The translations under genes and the position numbers were made by a program. 64,000 bases of DNA, from contig CAVSHR010000005.1 of NCBI GenBank assembly GCA_963727625.1, positions 320,001-384,000 of the forward strand. Reading direction: 5' to 3'. Below, one piece after another: positions 9,994 through 20,358 of the stretch (the first letter of the stretch is position 1; every line of letters starts with the position of its first letter). Source of the DNA: an uncultured delta proteobacterium (GTDB taxonomy: Bacteria > Desulfobacterota > Binatia > UBA9968). Under the pieces are notes generated by a model. It did no database searches and had not been told where the DNA came from. It saw nothing but the letters and a program-made list of their open reading frames with translations.

Positions 9994-10282
9994 TGTTTTT
10001 TCCTCCTAACGCGATTCTCCTTGATTGAAAAAAGGCGGCATCCCGGTTTCCTGTGAACACCTAGTCACCATAGCGACGCAGAGTACGCAGAGTTTTCAAT
10101 TTCAAAATTTTCCCGCCGCGCCCTCAATGTCCCCTCGGTTACCCATGCAGACGTCTGAAATCCCAAAAAAGGTAATTGCATCCATAACACGCCGCCGCGA
10201 CAACTTCCACAAGAACATTCAATTCTAACGGCTATGGTGACGGGCACGCGGATGGGCACCTCGCGCAGCCTGAGATCGAACC

Positions 10283-13200
10283 TTAGGAAAGCAGCAGCTC
10301 CAAATCCTCCCGTGTGAGATTGCGCAGCAGACTGTTGTCGCCGCTGATGATCGCGTCGGCGAGGTCGCGCTTGGAGCGCTGCAGCTCCAGCACCTTTTCC
10401 TCCACCGTGTCGCGCGCGATCAAACGATAAGCGAAGACCTGGCGCGTCTGGCCGATGCGGTGGGCGCGGTCGATGGCCTGGGTTTCGACGGCGGGATTCC
10501 ACCAAGGATCGAGCAAATAGACATACTCGGCGGCGTTGAGATTGAGCCCCAAGCCGCCCGCCTTCAAGCTGATTAAGAACAGCTTTGTCTCCGGATCATT
10601 TTGAAATCGATGCACCCGCGCCTGGCGGTCGCGCGTCCGGCCATCGAGATAAACGTAGGGAATTTTCAAGCCGTCGAGGCGATCGCGCACGATCGCCAGC
10701 AGGCTGGTGAATTGTGAAAACACCAGCACTTTGTGATTCTCCTCGAGCACTTGATCCAACTGCTCGAGCAAGGCGTCGATCTTGGCGCTGGGCTCCTTCA
10801 GTTTGTCCTTGTCGATCAGGCCCGGATGACAAGACGCCTGGCGCAAGCGCAACAACGCTTCGAGGACTTGAAACTTGAATCGCCCGCTCCCCTTCTCCGC
10901 GGCAGCCTTGAGCAAACGGGCGCGGTAGTAGTCACGCAGCTCGTCATAAAGCCGCCGCTCGCGCCCTTCGAGGTCGCAGTAAAGCGTTTGCTCGGTCTTG
11001 GCCGGCAGTTCCTTGGCAACCTGCGCCTTGGTCCGGCGCAAGATAAACGGCCGCAGCGCGCGCGCCAGGACGGCGCGCGTGGCCTCGTCGGGATTGCGGC
11101 CGACGCCGCCGAAGACCGAAGCGCCGCCGAGCATGCCGGGATTGAGAAACTCGAACAGGCTCCAGAGCTCGCCCAGATGATTTTCCACCGGCGTGCCGCT
11201 AAGCGCCAGGCGATGCTCAGCGTTGATCAAGCGCGCCGCTTTCGCCGACAGGGTGTTGGCGTTCTTGATCGCCTGGGCCTCGTCGAGCACACAGTATTTA
11301 AAGCGCAGGTTTTTGAAATGCAGCGCGTCGCGCGCCAGCGTGCCGTAAGTCGTCAGCACCAGCTCATAGTCCTCGAAGTGCGCGCCCGGGTGGCGCCGGC
11401 CGACGCCGGAGTGATCAAAAATTTTTAGCTCCGGCGCAAAGCGCGCCGCCTCCTCCTGCCAGTGAAACAACAGCGAGCGCGGCACGACGACCAGGGAAGC
11501 GCGCGGCGCCTGTTTGAAATCGGCGCCGCGCTGCGCTTCCAACAGCGCCAGCACTTGAATAGTCTTACCCAAACCCATGTCGTCGGCGAGACAGCCGCCC
11601 AGATGGAAGCGCTGGAGGAATTGCAGCCAGCCCAGCCCTTCGCGCTGGTAATCGCGCAGTGTGCCGCGAAAGCTCGGTGCGGCATCGGCGGCTTCAACCC
11701 CGGCAAAACCGCGCAGCTGATTGCGCACGCTCTCGAAGACCGCATCGACGCGCAGCGCAGACTCATCGGCGAGCAAGAGATCGAGCAGGCCCGCCTGTGG
11801 CCGCGTGAAGCGCAGCCGATCGCCGTCGAGTTCGCCGAGCCCGGCGAGCAAACGGTACTTGGCAAGCCATTCCTCGGGAATGATCCCGAAGCTGCCGTCG
11901 TCCAGGCGCACGGTCTGTTCGCCATGGCGGATCGCGCGCAACAGCTTGGGCAGCGACACGCCGGCGCCGTCGAACTCCGCGCCGCCGTCGAGATCGAACC
12001 AGTCGACGCCGGAGTTGATTTCCAGCCGTACCGCCACTGCGTTGCGGTAAAGCTTGCCATTTGCCTCGACTCGCCAACCCTCTTGGGTCAACACCCGCAC
12101 CGCCCGCGGCACACGTTCGGCGCCAATCTCCAAGACGCCGTCGCGCGGCGGCAATCCATCACGGAATCCGAGCTGCGCCAGACGGGTTTTTGCCGCTTCT
12201 TCGGCTTGCTGATCACGCTGGACGACGCGCCGTTCGCCTTTCTGGTAAACGTTTTGCGATGCCGGATTTGCCGCGATCATGCTGCCATCGTAGTCGAAGG
12301 CCAAATCGCCGGTGACAAAATCCTGCCCCCACGGGTCGCGCTTTCCTGCTTTGATCGTCAGATTGGGCTTGGGCGAAACGGCGATGACATCGAAACGCAA
12401 CTCTTCCGGCAGATCGAGCGCGGGTTGGCGCGGCAAACGAATCAATTGATCCAAAAACTCGTCCGCTTCTCCCTTGGCGAAAAACAAACCCTGGCGCGCG
12501 CGCAGCAAATTAATCCACGCGAAGGCGCCGAAATCGTTGAGCCGTGCGATCCGGCCGCTGTAAACAACCAAGCCGCCGGCGACCAGCAGGGCCGGCTGCG
12601 CCAAGCTCATTTCAACGCCGTAGCGCCGCAACAGCCCGGTCAAACAATACTGTCTCTTGCTGTCGGCCGGAGCGATACGCAGACAGAGCTCCCACGCGCC
12701 GCCGTCGTCCCACTGGAGCGTTTCAATTTTCCCGCCGGCCGCGGCTTGACGTAGCCCGCAGCGTCCGGTGCCGCACATGAGCGGCAAAATCACCTCCCAC
12801 AGCGCCGGCGCGAGGACAAATTCGCCGCCGGCCGCGCCATAGGCGTAAGACGAATAGACGTAGCCCGGCTGATCCTGCGCGCCGAGCAGCGTCGCCAGAA
12901 TACGTCGGTCGGAGGCGTCACTGAGCGGCACGAGATCGCCGCGGCTGAGCTTCTTGAATTTGATTTTACCCCAGTTTCCGTCGAGCTTGCGCTCACTCAA
13001 CCCCACCTGAAGCCTGAGCTCACCGTTGGCGGCCATGTTTTGAGAGTCGATAAAATAGTGCAACTGGCGCTCCGCTCTATGAGCGACGACGGCGTGCTCT
13101 TCCGCCGCAATCAACTGTCCGCGCAGGAGCAGCAGCTGCTGCTTCCAGCTCGCGATCAACGAAGGCTTACCCGCGCCGCTGCCCGGCGATCTCGTTTTTC

Positions 13201-13537
13201 CGGGACGCTGCCCGGCAACGCCGCGCAGATGCGGCGCCGCGACGGCATTGAGTCCGGCCAAAAGGCCGCTCTGCTCCGCGGCGAGTAGCGCCGCCCAAAT
13301 ATGCTTGCAGGGATCGCGGTCTCTTTCGAAAAAAGGACAGGTACAGGAGACGTTCACCACGTGCTTTTCGATGGCGACCTGAACGTCATAGAGGCGCGTG
13401 CCTTGAACGCCGGCGTACAGCGACGCTGGGCCGCCGTCCATAAAACTTACCGCGCCGTGCTGGAAGTAACGCCGGCCGCGCTCCTGCGACAGGCGATCGA
13501 CCTGGTTGAAAAAACGCGCGGTGAAAGAGTCACTCAT
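10283..13537 (-). CDS. SWIM zinc finger-SNF2 family helicase/ATPase
   Basis: SWIM CTCPF...CKH; LADDMGLGKT; DEAQ; SGTP; SLKAGGLGLNL; QAIDRAHRIGQ. Confidence 0.92.
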   Translation of the reverse strand: MSDSFTARFFNQVDRLSQERGRRYFQHGAVSFMDGGPASLYAGVQGTRLYDVQVAIEKHVVNVSCTCPFFERDRDPCKHIWAALLAAEQSGLLAGLNAVAAPHLRGVAGQRPGKTRSPGSGAGKPSLIASWKQQLLLLRGQLIAAEEHAVVAHRAERQLHYFIDSQNMAANGELRLQVGLSERKLDGNWGKIKFKKLSRGDLVPLSDASDRRILATLLGAQDQPGYVYSSYAYGAAGGEFVLAPALWEVILPLMCGTGRCGLRQAAAGGKIETLQWDDGGAWELCLRIAPADSKRQYCLTGLLRRYGVEMSLAQPALLVAGGLVVYSGRIARLNDFGAFAWINLLRARQGLFFAKGEADEFLDQLIRLPRQPALDLPEELRFDVIAVSPKPNLTIKAGKRDPWGQDFVTGDLAFDYDGSMIAANPASQNVYQKGERRVVQRDQQAEEAAKTRLAQLGFRDGLPPRDGVLEIGAERVPRAVRVLTQEGWRVEANGKLYRNAVAVRLEINSGVDWFDLDGGAEFDGAGVSLPKLLRAIRHGEQTVRLDDGSFGIIPEEWLAKYRLLAGLGELDGDRLRFTRPQAGLLDLLLADESALRVDAVFESVRNQLRGFAGVEAADAAPSFRGTLRDYQREGLGWLQFLQRFHLGGCLADDMGLGKTIQVLALLEAQRGADFKQAPRASLVVVPRSLLFHWQEEAARFAPELKIFDHSGVGRRHPGAHFEDYELVLTTYGTLARDALHFKNLRFKYCVLDEAQAIKNANTLSAKAARLINAEHRLALSGTPVENHLGELWSLFEFLNPGMLGGASVFGGVGRNPDEATRAVLARALRPFILRRTKAQVAKELPAKTEQTLYCDLEGRERRLYDELRDYYRARLLKAAAEKGSGRFKFQVLEALLRLRQASCHPGLIDKDKLKEPSAKIDALLEQLDQVLEENHKVLVFSQFTSLLAIVRDRLDGLKIPYVYLDGRTRDRQARVHRFQNDPETKLFLISLKAGGLGLNLNAAEYVYLLDPWWNPAVETQAIDRAHRIGQTRQVFAYRLIARDTVEEKVLELQRSKRDLADAIISGDNSLLRNLTREDLELLLS

Positions 13538-13659
13538 AGAATTTGCTTAACGTAGCGTCGGCGAAAAGTCTAATCCGCGCGGCGCGCGCAGCGAATTCGT
13601 TGACAAGCCGACAAACTCCGTGCGAGAAGATCCGTAGACAATTCGCCGCGGAGGCAGCC

Positions 13660-14700
13660 ATGAACCAGACTAAGACCAAGAGCCGCATCATCGACGCCGA
13701 CGGCCATGTGCGCGAGACCGATGAAGAAATCATCGAGTACATGTCCGCCGGCTACCGCGCGCGACGCGACGCCATGCTTTATTTTCCGCTGACTCCGCAC
13801 CATGGCTGGCATCGCTCGATCCCGGCCAACGATTTTCGCCACCAGGACTTCCGCGTGCCCGACTGGCGCGAGTGGGTGAGCAAGCTCGACGAGGGCAATT
13901 TCCAGCTGACCGTGCTCTACCCCACGCGTCTCATGCATATCGGCCAAATCGGCAATCCGCCCTACGCGGTGGAGCTTTGCCGCGCCTATAACGACTATCT
14001 CCATGACAAGTTTCTGTCCCACGATCGCCGTTTCCGAGGCATGGCGCTGTTGCCGCTGCAAGATCCCGCCGCCGCGGTGAAAGAGCTGCGCCGGACTGTC
14101 AAAAAATACGGCGTGGTCGGGGGCATCTTGCCCGCCGACGGCCTGCCGCTGCCGCTGGGCCACCGGCAATATTGGCCGATCTATCAAGAAGCCGACAAAC
14201 TCGGCTGCGCCCTGTCGGTGCACTCGTGCAACTCGCTGCGCGACAACGATCGCTATCTCGTGCCCAACGAAGCGGCGACCTTGACCCACGTGATCCCGCA
14301 GATGCGCCAGTTCACCAACATCATGTTTTCCGGCGTGATGAATAGGTTGAAAAAGCTCAAGCTCGGCTTTCTCGAAGCCGGCTGCGGCTGGGTGCCGTTT
14401 TTGATCAGCAAGATCGAAGAACGCTTAGAGCGCGTCGCGCCGAAAGAGCGACCCGTGTTGCCGAGCGAGTTGCTGGCGCAAAAACGCCTCTATTTTCAAT
14501 GCGGCGAAGAGGTCACGACCAAGCGCGATATCGAACTGCTCGGCGACGACTGCTTGCTTTGGGCTTCGGATTTCCCCCACGAAGCCACCCGCACCGACAT
14601 GCGTGTGCTGGTCAAAGAGCACTTCGATCGCAAAGACCTAACGCCCCAGGCCAAGCGCAAAGCCATCTTCGACAACGCCAAACGGTTTTACCGGCTCTAA
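13660..14700 (+). CDS. Amidohydrolase_2 family protein
   Basis: IIDADGH, FLEAGCGW, WASDFPH, DNAKRFY; GGAGG RBS before ATG 13660. Confidence 0.85.
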   Translation: MNQTKTKSRIIDADGHVRETDEEIIEYMSAGYRARRDAMLYFPLTPHHGWHRSIPANDFRHQDFRVPDWREWVSKLDEGNFQLTVLYPTRLMHIGQIGNPPYAVELCRAYNDYLHDKFLSHDRRFRGMALLPLQDPAAAVKELRRTVKKYGVVGGILPADGLPLPLGHRQYWPIYQEADKLGCALSVHSCNSLRDNDRYLVPNEAATLTHVIPQMRQFTNIMFSGVMNRLKKLKLGFLEAGCGWVPFLISKIEERLERVAPKERPVLPSELLAQKRLYFQCGEEVTTKRDIELLGDDCLLWASDFPHEATRTDMRVLVKEHFDRKDLTPQAKRKAIFDNAKRFYRL

Positions 14701-14845
14701 AATTCAACTCGTTTAAATAGTTCAAGCCGTTCAAAACGCTCAGACCCCTCCTTACATCCTCCCCCGCGTCGCGGGGGAGGATGTAAGGAGGGGTCTGAGC
14801 GGAGCGATTGAACGGAGCGTAGCGGTTGAACGATTTGAACGCGTT
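14701..14845. repeat. Perfect 31-bp inverted repeat nested in inverted TTCAA/TTGAA 9-mer arrays
   Basis: Arms 14737-14767 and 14771-14801 are exact reverse complements with loop GTC; lies between convergent genes. Confidence 0.8.
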
Positions 14846-14864
14846 CCTAGTCCGAACTTCGTTC

Positions 14865-15866
14865 CTATTGTTGCAGACTTTTGATAAACCCACTCTTAAC
14901 GATTTCGCGTACGAGCCGGCCGTCGGCGAAATCTTCCGGTTTGGCGCCCTTCGCCTTCGGATTGGTTTTTTCCACCACTTGAATCAGACTCGCGACACCG
15001 GGCAGCGATGGATACGGCGGGATCGCGAAGTTCGACTTAACGATCATGTCGTAGCTTTCGTCCAGCACCTCGCGATCGTTGGTGCGGAACATTTTAGCCA
15101 TCGCCTTGAGGGCGAACGCTTTGTCCTTTTGAGCGCGCACCGTGCCTTCGATGTAAGCGCGTAGAAAGCGTCTGACGGTATCCTCGTTGCTCTTGAGAAA
15201 GTGCCGCGTCGTGACCACACCGTTGATATGATACTCGGCGTCAAGCTTGGACATATCCAATAATTCTTTAAACTTGACCTTCTTCGCTTGCAGCGTCGCC
15301 GGCGGCGTTAGTGCCGCGGCTTGAACCTTGCCGGTTGTCATTGCGGCGATCGTCTCAGCCGGTCCGCCGGTTTGCACCATCGTGATGTCGTGCTCGGGAT
15401 CGATGCCATGGAGCCGAAGCGCGAAACGCGATGCGAGATCCGATAGCGAACCGAAGCGCGTGGTGCCGAAGACTTTGCCTTTGAGATCCTCCATCCGGCC
15501 GATCTCCGGCCGGCCGTAGATCCAAAATACAAATTTACGCACGATGGTGGCGACGATCACCGTGTCGGCGCCGGAGAGATTGGCCCGGATCGACGCGGCC
15601 CCGCCCAGCTGAAGCACCGGCAGCTCGCCTGAGAGCATCGCTTGCAGCGCCAGAGAGCTGCCGGGAATGCTGATCGAATCGACATCGAGCCCATGCTTTT
15701 CATAGTAGCCCCCTTCTTTGGCAAGCCACATGGGCAACTGCGTCGCCGAAGCCGAGCCGCCGCCGATGCGAAGTTTCTCCAACTTTTTTTCCTGGCCGCG
15801 CGCAGGATTGAATAGGCAGACGCTTAGCGCGAACACTATACAAATCTTAACACCCCATCTCCTCAT
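14865..15866 (-). CDS. Orphan ABC substrate-binding protein (NMT1/SsuA-like)
   Basis: Signal peptide, LAKEGGYYEKHGLDV, DLKGKVFGTTRFGS; start moved to ATG 15866. Confidence 0.85.
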   Translation of the reverse strand: MRRWGVKICIVFALSVCLFNPARGQEKKLEKLRIGGGSASATQLPMWLAKEGGYYEKHGLDVDSISIPGSSLALQAMLSGELPVLQLGGAASIRANLSGADTVIVATIVRKFVFWIYGRPEIGRMEDLKGKVFGTTRFGSLSDLASRFALRLHGIDPEHDITMVQTGGPAETIAAMTTGKVQAAALTPPATLQAKKVKFKELLDMSKLDAEYHINGVVTTRHFLKSNEDTVRRFLRAYIEGTVRAQKDKAFALKAMAKMFRTNDREVLDESYDMIVKSNFAIPPYPSLPGVASLIQVVEKTNPKAKGAKPEDFADGRLVREIVKSGFIKSLQQ

Positions 15867-16007
15867 CTTCTTGGTTCTCCTTTTCTTATTCTTGGCGGTC
15901 AACAATTCATACCTGCGAATTCTTTGCTCACGCTTGTAGCACAAATTTTCACCGATGGGCCAACCGGATCAACTTTTTCTTAGTCGTTAAAATACACACC
16001 CGCCCAT

Positions 16008-16690
16008 TCAATCCGCCATCTCAGCTCCTAAACCCAACGCTCGCTGGCGCTCCAGCCCATAAGCGATGCCGGCTAACACAAAGTAAGAAACCAGCGCCGA
16101 CAGCGCTGCCCCCCGCATTGAGGGTAACGGTGGAGCGAAGGAAACGAAGGCAAGCAATCCGAGCAGCACGAAACTAAACGCCATCATGCCGTAGCGGCCT
16201 ACGGAGCTCAACGGTTTAGTTGTACCCAGGTAAAACAGCAGGCCGACATAAAGCAGACCTACTTCCAGTGCCAAGGCCGCGGCGGGGAAATAATAGAAAC
16301 CAAGACCAACTTTAAAGGTGTCCGCGTACAAGGGCAAATTTGCACGATGCACGATAAAATCAAGGACCCAGTGAGAGAACACGACCAGACCGACGGTCGT
16401 TGCTGCCTGCCATGTGTGCTGCTTGGTGATTAACCCATAACCGGCCGACGCCGCAATCGACCAGAGAATCACCGCAACTAAACTATGGGTGTAGGGCATG
16501 TAGTAAAAGTCCAGCGGATTGATCGGCGTAATACCCGGAACAATGCGCGCCTTCTCGATACCCAAGAGGACAAAATGGCCCACACGACATCGACCAACTG
16601 CGCGGCAAGAAAAAGCACCCACAACGGAATCGACTTATCAATCGCTTTGGCGAAATAGCTGATCCCGTAATGACCCACCACCATAGGCAT
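16008..16690 (-). pseudogene. Membrane-bound metal-dependent hydrolase-like protein, frameshifted near 16575
   Basis: N-part GHY...FLAAQLVDVVW joins the C-part LLGIEK...PYTHSL...SHWVLDFIVH in another frame. Confidence 0.65.
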
Positions 16691-16839
16691 TCCTAAATTC
16701 TCGCTGAGCGCTATGCGTCCGGCGCACTCAACTGCGTTGTCAGTGAGCTAATGACGACAACAATTTAGTCTTTAGCATTGCAGAGTTATTCCGGCCAGTC
16801 TAAATTGCCCTAACACAATCTCTCCACCGAGCGCTCGAT

Positions 16840-18259
16840 ATGGAAGAGTTTCGAGAAATCCCCACGCCGCAAATCAACGGCACGTCGGTGGAGCCGATGC
16901 GCGGCATCGGCTCATGGGGGTGGTACTTGCGGTTTTGGCGCGACCCGATCGATTGCATTGCGACAATCTATCGGCGCTTCGGTCCACTGTTCGTGCTCGC
17001 CGAGCCGAAATGGATTCGTCGGCCGCACCGACTTCACGTGCTGGCCATCGGGCCGCCGTACAACCGCCTGGTCCTAGGGCAGCCGGCGCGATTCGGCGTT
17101 GCGCCGCTTGCGTCGCGGCCTGGCCGGTGTCAACGGCGAGCGCCACCGCAAACAACGGCATACGATCCTGCCGCCGTTTCAAAAAGCGGCGGTGAACGAT
17201 TACGTCCCTGCAATGGCCGCAATCATCGACCGCTCTCTCGATAGCTGGGCCATCCACCGGCCCATCGACATGCACCAGCTGATGCGCCGGCTCTCCCTTA
17301 CACTTTCCAGCCGTTTTTTGTTCGGCACTGATGACGTAGAGCGCTCGACAAGGCTCAGCACAGCTCTAGAAAACTTTCTCGGCCAAGCGGCAGCCCATGG
17401 CGCCTCAATTATTCCGGTGAACCTGGCCGGCCTTCCCTACCGGCGCATGCTCAAATGCGCCGAGGAGCTGGAACGGTTGATTCAAGAGATGATCGAGATT
17501 AAACGCCGCGCCGATAACGCCGGCCGCGACGTGTTATCGATCATGGTACGCGCTTGCACGCAAGACGACCCAGCGTTCACCGAAGCCGAGCTGCCCGGTC
17601 ACACGGTCTTCATGTTTGGCGCCAGCTACGAGACCGCCGCCGATGCCATGGGTTGGACTTTGTTCTTGTTGGCGCAGCACCCCGATGTGGCGTTGCAGTT
17701 GCTCGACGAGCTGGACGCCGCTCAGCTGAGTGATCTGCCGACATTGGATGAACTGGACGCTCTACCGCTGCTCAACGCCGTGATCGACGAGTCCATGCGC
17801 CTCTTGCCGCCCGTGCCCTACACCGTCCGCACCGCGACGATGCCGACCGAGCTGGACGGCGTGATGCTCAAGCGCGGCGATCGCGTCGTGATCAGCCACT
17901 ACATGACCCAGCATCTGCCCGAGCTTTACCCCGAGCCGAATCGATTCCTGCCGGAGCGTTGGTTCAATCTTAAAGCCGATCCATACAGCTATCTACCGTT
18001 TAGCGCCGGCCCGAGGCTCTGCGTCGGCTACCACTTTGCCATGGCGGAGATTCGCCTGGCGCTTTTGAAAATCATTCGCCGCTTTCGCTTGACCGTGATC
18101 CCAGGCTCGCGCATCGATCGCAAGGTGCGCGTAACCATGAATCCCACCTTCGGCCTGCCGATGATGCTCCATTGTCAGGACCGCGCATTCAAAACCTCAC
18201 CGGTGACCGGGCAGATTCACGAAATGGTGGATTTGCCCGCGCCGCCGAACGGAACGTAG
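16840..18259 (+). pseudogene. Cytochrome P450, frameshifted near 17095
   Basis: I-helix FGASYET, ESMR (ExxR), PERW, heme motif FSAGPRLCVG; N-terminal part is in a different frame. Confidence 0.8.
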
Positions 18260-19071
18260 CGAACCGACTCCATGCCCTCGGCCAACGCGTAGGTGCGCCT
18301 GCGCAGTTCATCGATTAATTGCTGATCGGAATTCAACGCGGCTAATTCTCCAGGCTCGATCATTTCGCCGATCACGACTTGGAATTTGCCGCCAGCCATT
18401 TTGTTGAACTCAGGCACGATGAGGAAATTCTGCAAGTCGCCGTAAATCAGTCCGACGAGTTGAAAAAACAGCCCGTTGGCACCGGGAAAATAAACCGGCA
18501 GCACCGGCGCGCCGATGTGCGGACTCCAGGCGACATCGGTAACGCGACGCTCGCGCAAGCTGAATCGCGAGGCTCGACCGGGGGGAAAAACCGCGAACAC
18601 CCTTCCCTGTCGGAGCCATTTGAAAACACCATGCCAAGCCGAGAGATTGATGCGCCGCTTGCCCCGCTTCTTGATTGGATCGACGATGAACTGAAATTGG
18701 CTCAGGCCGGGCAATCTCGCCAGTTTGTAGGCGGCCAAGCACTTGTAATCACGCCGCACCGAACAAACGACCGCGTTCAAGATGAATCCTTCGATGACAC
18801 CGAATGGATGATTGGCGACGATGATGACTGGGCCCGTGGGTGAAACACGCGCCAATCCGCCGTCGTTGATCTCCACGCAAGCGCCGATGTGGCCGAGAAA
18901 ATGCTCAGCGAGGTTATCCGGAATCCCGTTGGCGATTACCGGCGCGTACGTGGCGTTAAATTGGCTGAAGCCAGCCAACCGGTTAAGCCAACGGCGTAGC
19001 GCTTTGATCAACGGTTGCGGCAGCCTGCGGCTAGAAATCCCCACGCTCAGGTATTCCGGGAAATGGTCCAT
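18217..19071 (-). CDS. PlsC-like/hemolysin-type acyltransferase family protein (possibly degenerate)
   Basis: IIVANHPFGVIEG, VFPPG, PVLPVYF.G.N; start uncertain. Confidence 0.65.
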   Translation of the reverse strand: MDHFPEYLSVGISSRRLPQPLIKALRRWLNRLAGFSQFNATYAPVIANGIPDNLAEHFLGHIGACVEINDGGLARVSPTGPVIIVANHPFGVIEGFILNAVVCSVRRDYKCLAAYKLARLPGLSQFQFIVDPIKKRGKRRINLSAWHGVFKWLRQGRVFAVFPPGRASRFSLRERRVTDVAWSPHIGAPVLPVYFPGANGLFFQLVGLIYGDLQNFLIVPEFNKMAGGKFQVVIGEMIEPGELAALNSDQQLIDELRRRTYALAEGMESVRYVPFGGAGKSTIS

Positions 19072-19167
19072 TTGAGATTCGACCAATGACAGGGAATGGC
19101 TAGAGCAAATCGCGGCGCGGTTTCCTGCCACGATCCTCAATCGAGCTGAATTTGCACGGAAGCCCAC

Positions 19168-19692
19168 TCAGCCGATCTTGATCAGGTCGCTTTCAGTTAC
19201 CTGCCGAAACGAGAAACGATAACCTTCGTACACGGCGATGGCGTAAAAAACTAAATCCATCGGATTGAAGCTCGCGCGCATCAGATTCGCGATAATCTCG
19301 CTGTCTAGTTTTTTGAGGATCTCGAAAAAGGGAACATGGTGCTGGCTGGAGATCAACCCAATCACCGTGAATAGATTGCCGGCGGCGCAGCCCGTGAGCG
19401 ACCACGCGGCGCCGATGATGCCGAAGCTCCGATCGAGCCCTTTACCGAAGGTCTTAACCGCATATCCGACCAGATAACCGACACCCACCGCCATGAAACC
19501 GATTTGGTACCCAGTCGCGCGAGTGACCACCGTCCACGCTGCTGCGCCCAAAAGCGCGGCCGCACCTCCAGCGAGCACGGCCAGGGCCAGATTTTGCTCG
19601 GATTTAAGCCTTTGCAGCGCGGCTTGGAGGATCAGCGGATCAACGTTCCTTTGCGTCGGCATGCTCTGCTGCGTTTGCGATTCATCGGCCAT
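19168..19692 (-). CDS. Hypothetical membrane protein
   Basis: Several hydrophobic Gly/Ala-rich helices; GGAGG RBS. Confidence 0.7.
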   Translation of the reverse strand: MADESQTQQSMPTQRNVDPLILQAALQRLKSEQNLALAVLAGGAAALLGAAAWTVVTRATGYQIGFMAVGVGYLVGYAVKTFGKGLDRSFGIIGAAWSLTGCAAGNLFTVIGLISSQHHVPFFEILKKLDSEIIANLMRASFNPMDLVFYAIAVYEGYRFSFRQVTESDLIKIG

Positions 19693-19904
19693 AGCCGACC
19701 TCCTTCATTCAAAAACCGGTCGATTTCAAGAACCTCTTCGCTCGACCATGGGCGACGCCACCGCGAGATCCATAAATCTCGGCGCCATTTCCAGCCTATC
19801 TACCACATCGGCTCAATGAAAGTTCAAACCACGCTACCGGAGGAACATTGACCCGAGCACCACCCTGCACTAAAAACTCAGCAATCCTAGCGCGCAAAAA
19901 AACC

Positions 19905-20225
19905 TCAGAACCGTGACGGCGCTTCGGCATAGCGCAGCACCTTACCGCCCTTGGGTGCCCGCGTCGGCCCGTAGGGCGAGTTTTTCTCTATGTAGATGCA
20001 CTCGCCAGCGCCGTAGGTTACGCCGCCGATTTCGATCTCCCCTTCGAGAACATAAAACATTTCGTGATACGGATGGCTGTGAACCGGAATATCGGTCTCC
20101 GGTCCCCAGTGACGAATCATGATCTCCGGACCCGTTTCGCCTTTGCTGACGTGCAGCCATTTCGTATGTCCTCGGCCGCTCTTGGCCAGCTCCACGTTCT
20201 TTTCGTTAACAGAATAAATCGCCAT
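19905..20225 (-). CDS. Cupin domain protein
   Basis: PVHSHPYHEMFYVLEGE cupin motif 1. Confidence 0.8.
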   Translation of the reverse strand: MAIYSVNEKNVELAKSGRGHTKWLHVSKGETGPEIMIRHWGPETDIPVHSHPYHEMFYVLEGEIEIGGVTYGAGECIYIEKNSPYGPTRAPKGGKVLRYAEAPSRF

Positions 20226-20358
20226 GGCATGCTCCCGAAATCTAGAGTGCGACCGTCGCCGCCAGCCCCTGGTTCTCACGATCGCCGCCATGATGTCAAC
20301 GGTGGCGTCCGCGGCGCGAATTGAAGCGCCTAAAGTTTAATGATAGACGAAAAAAACT

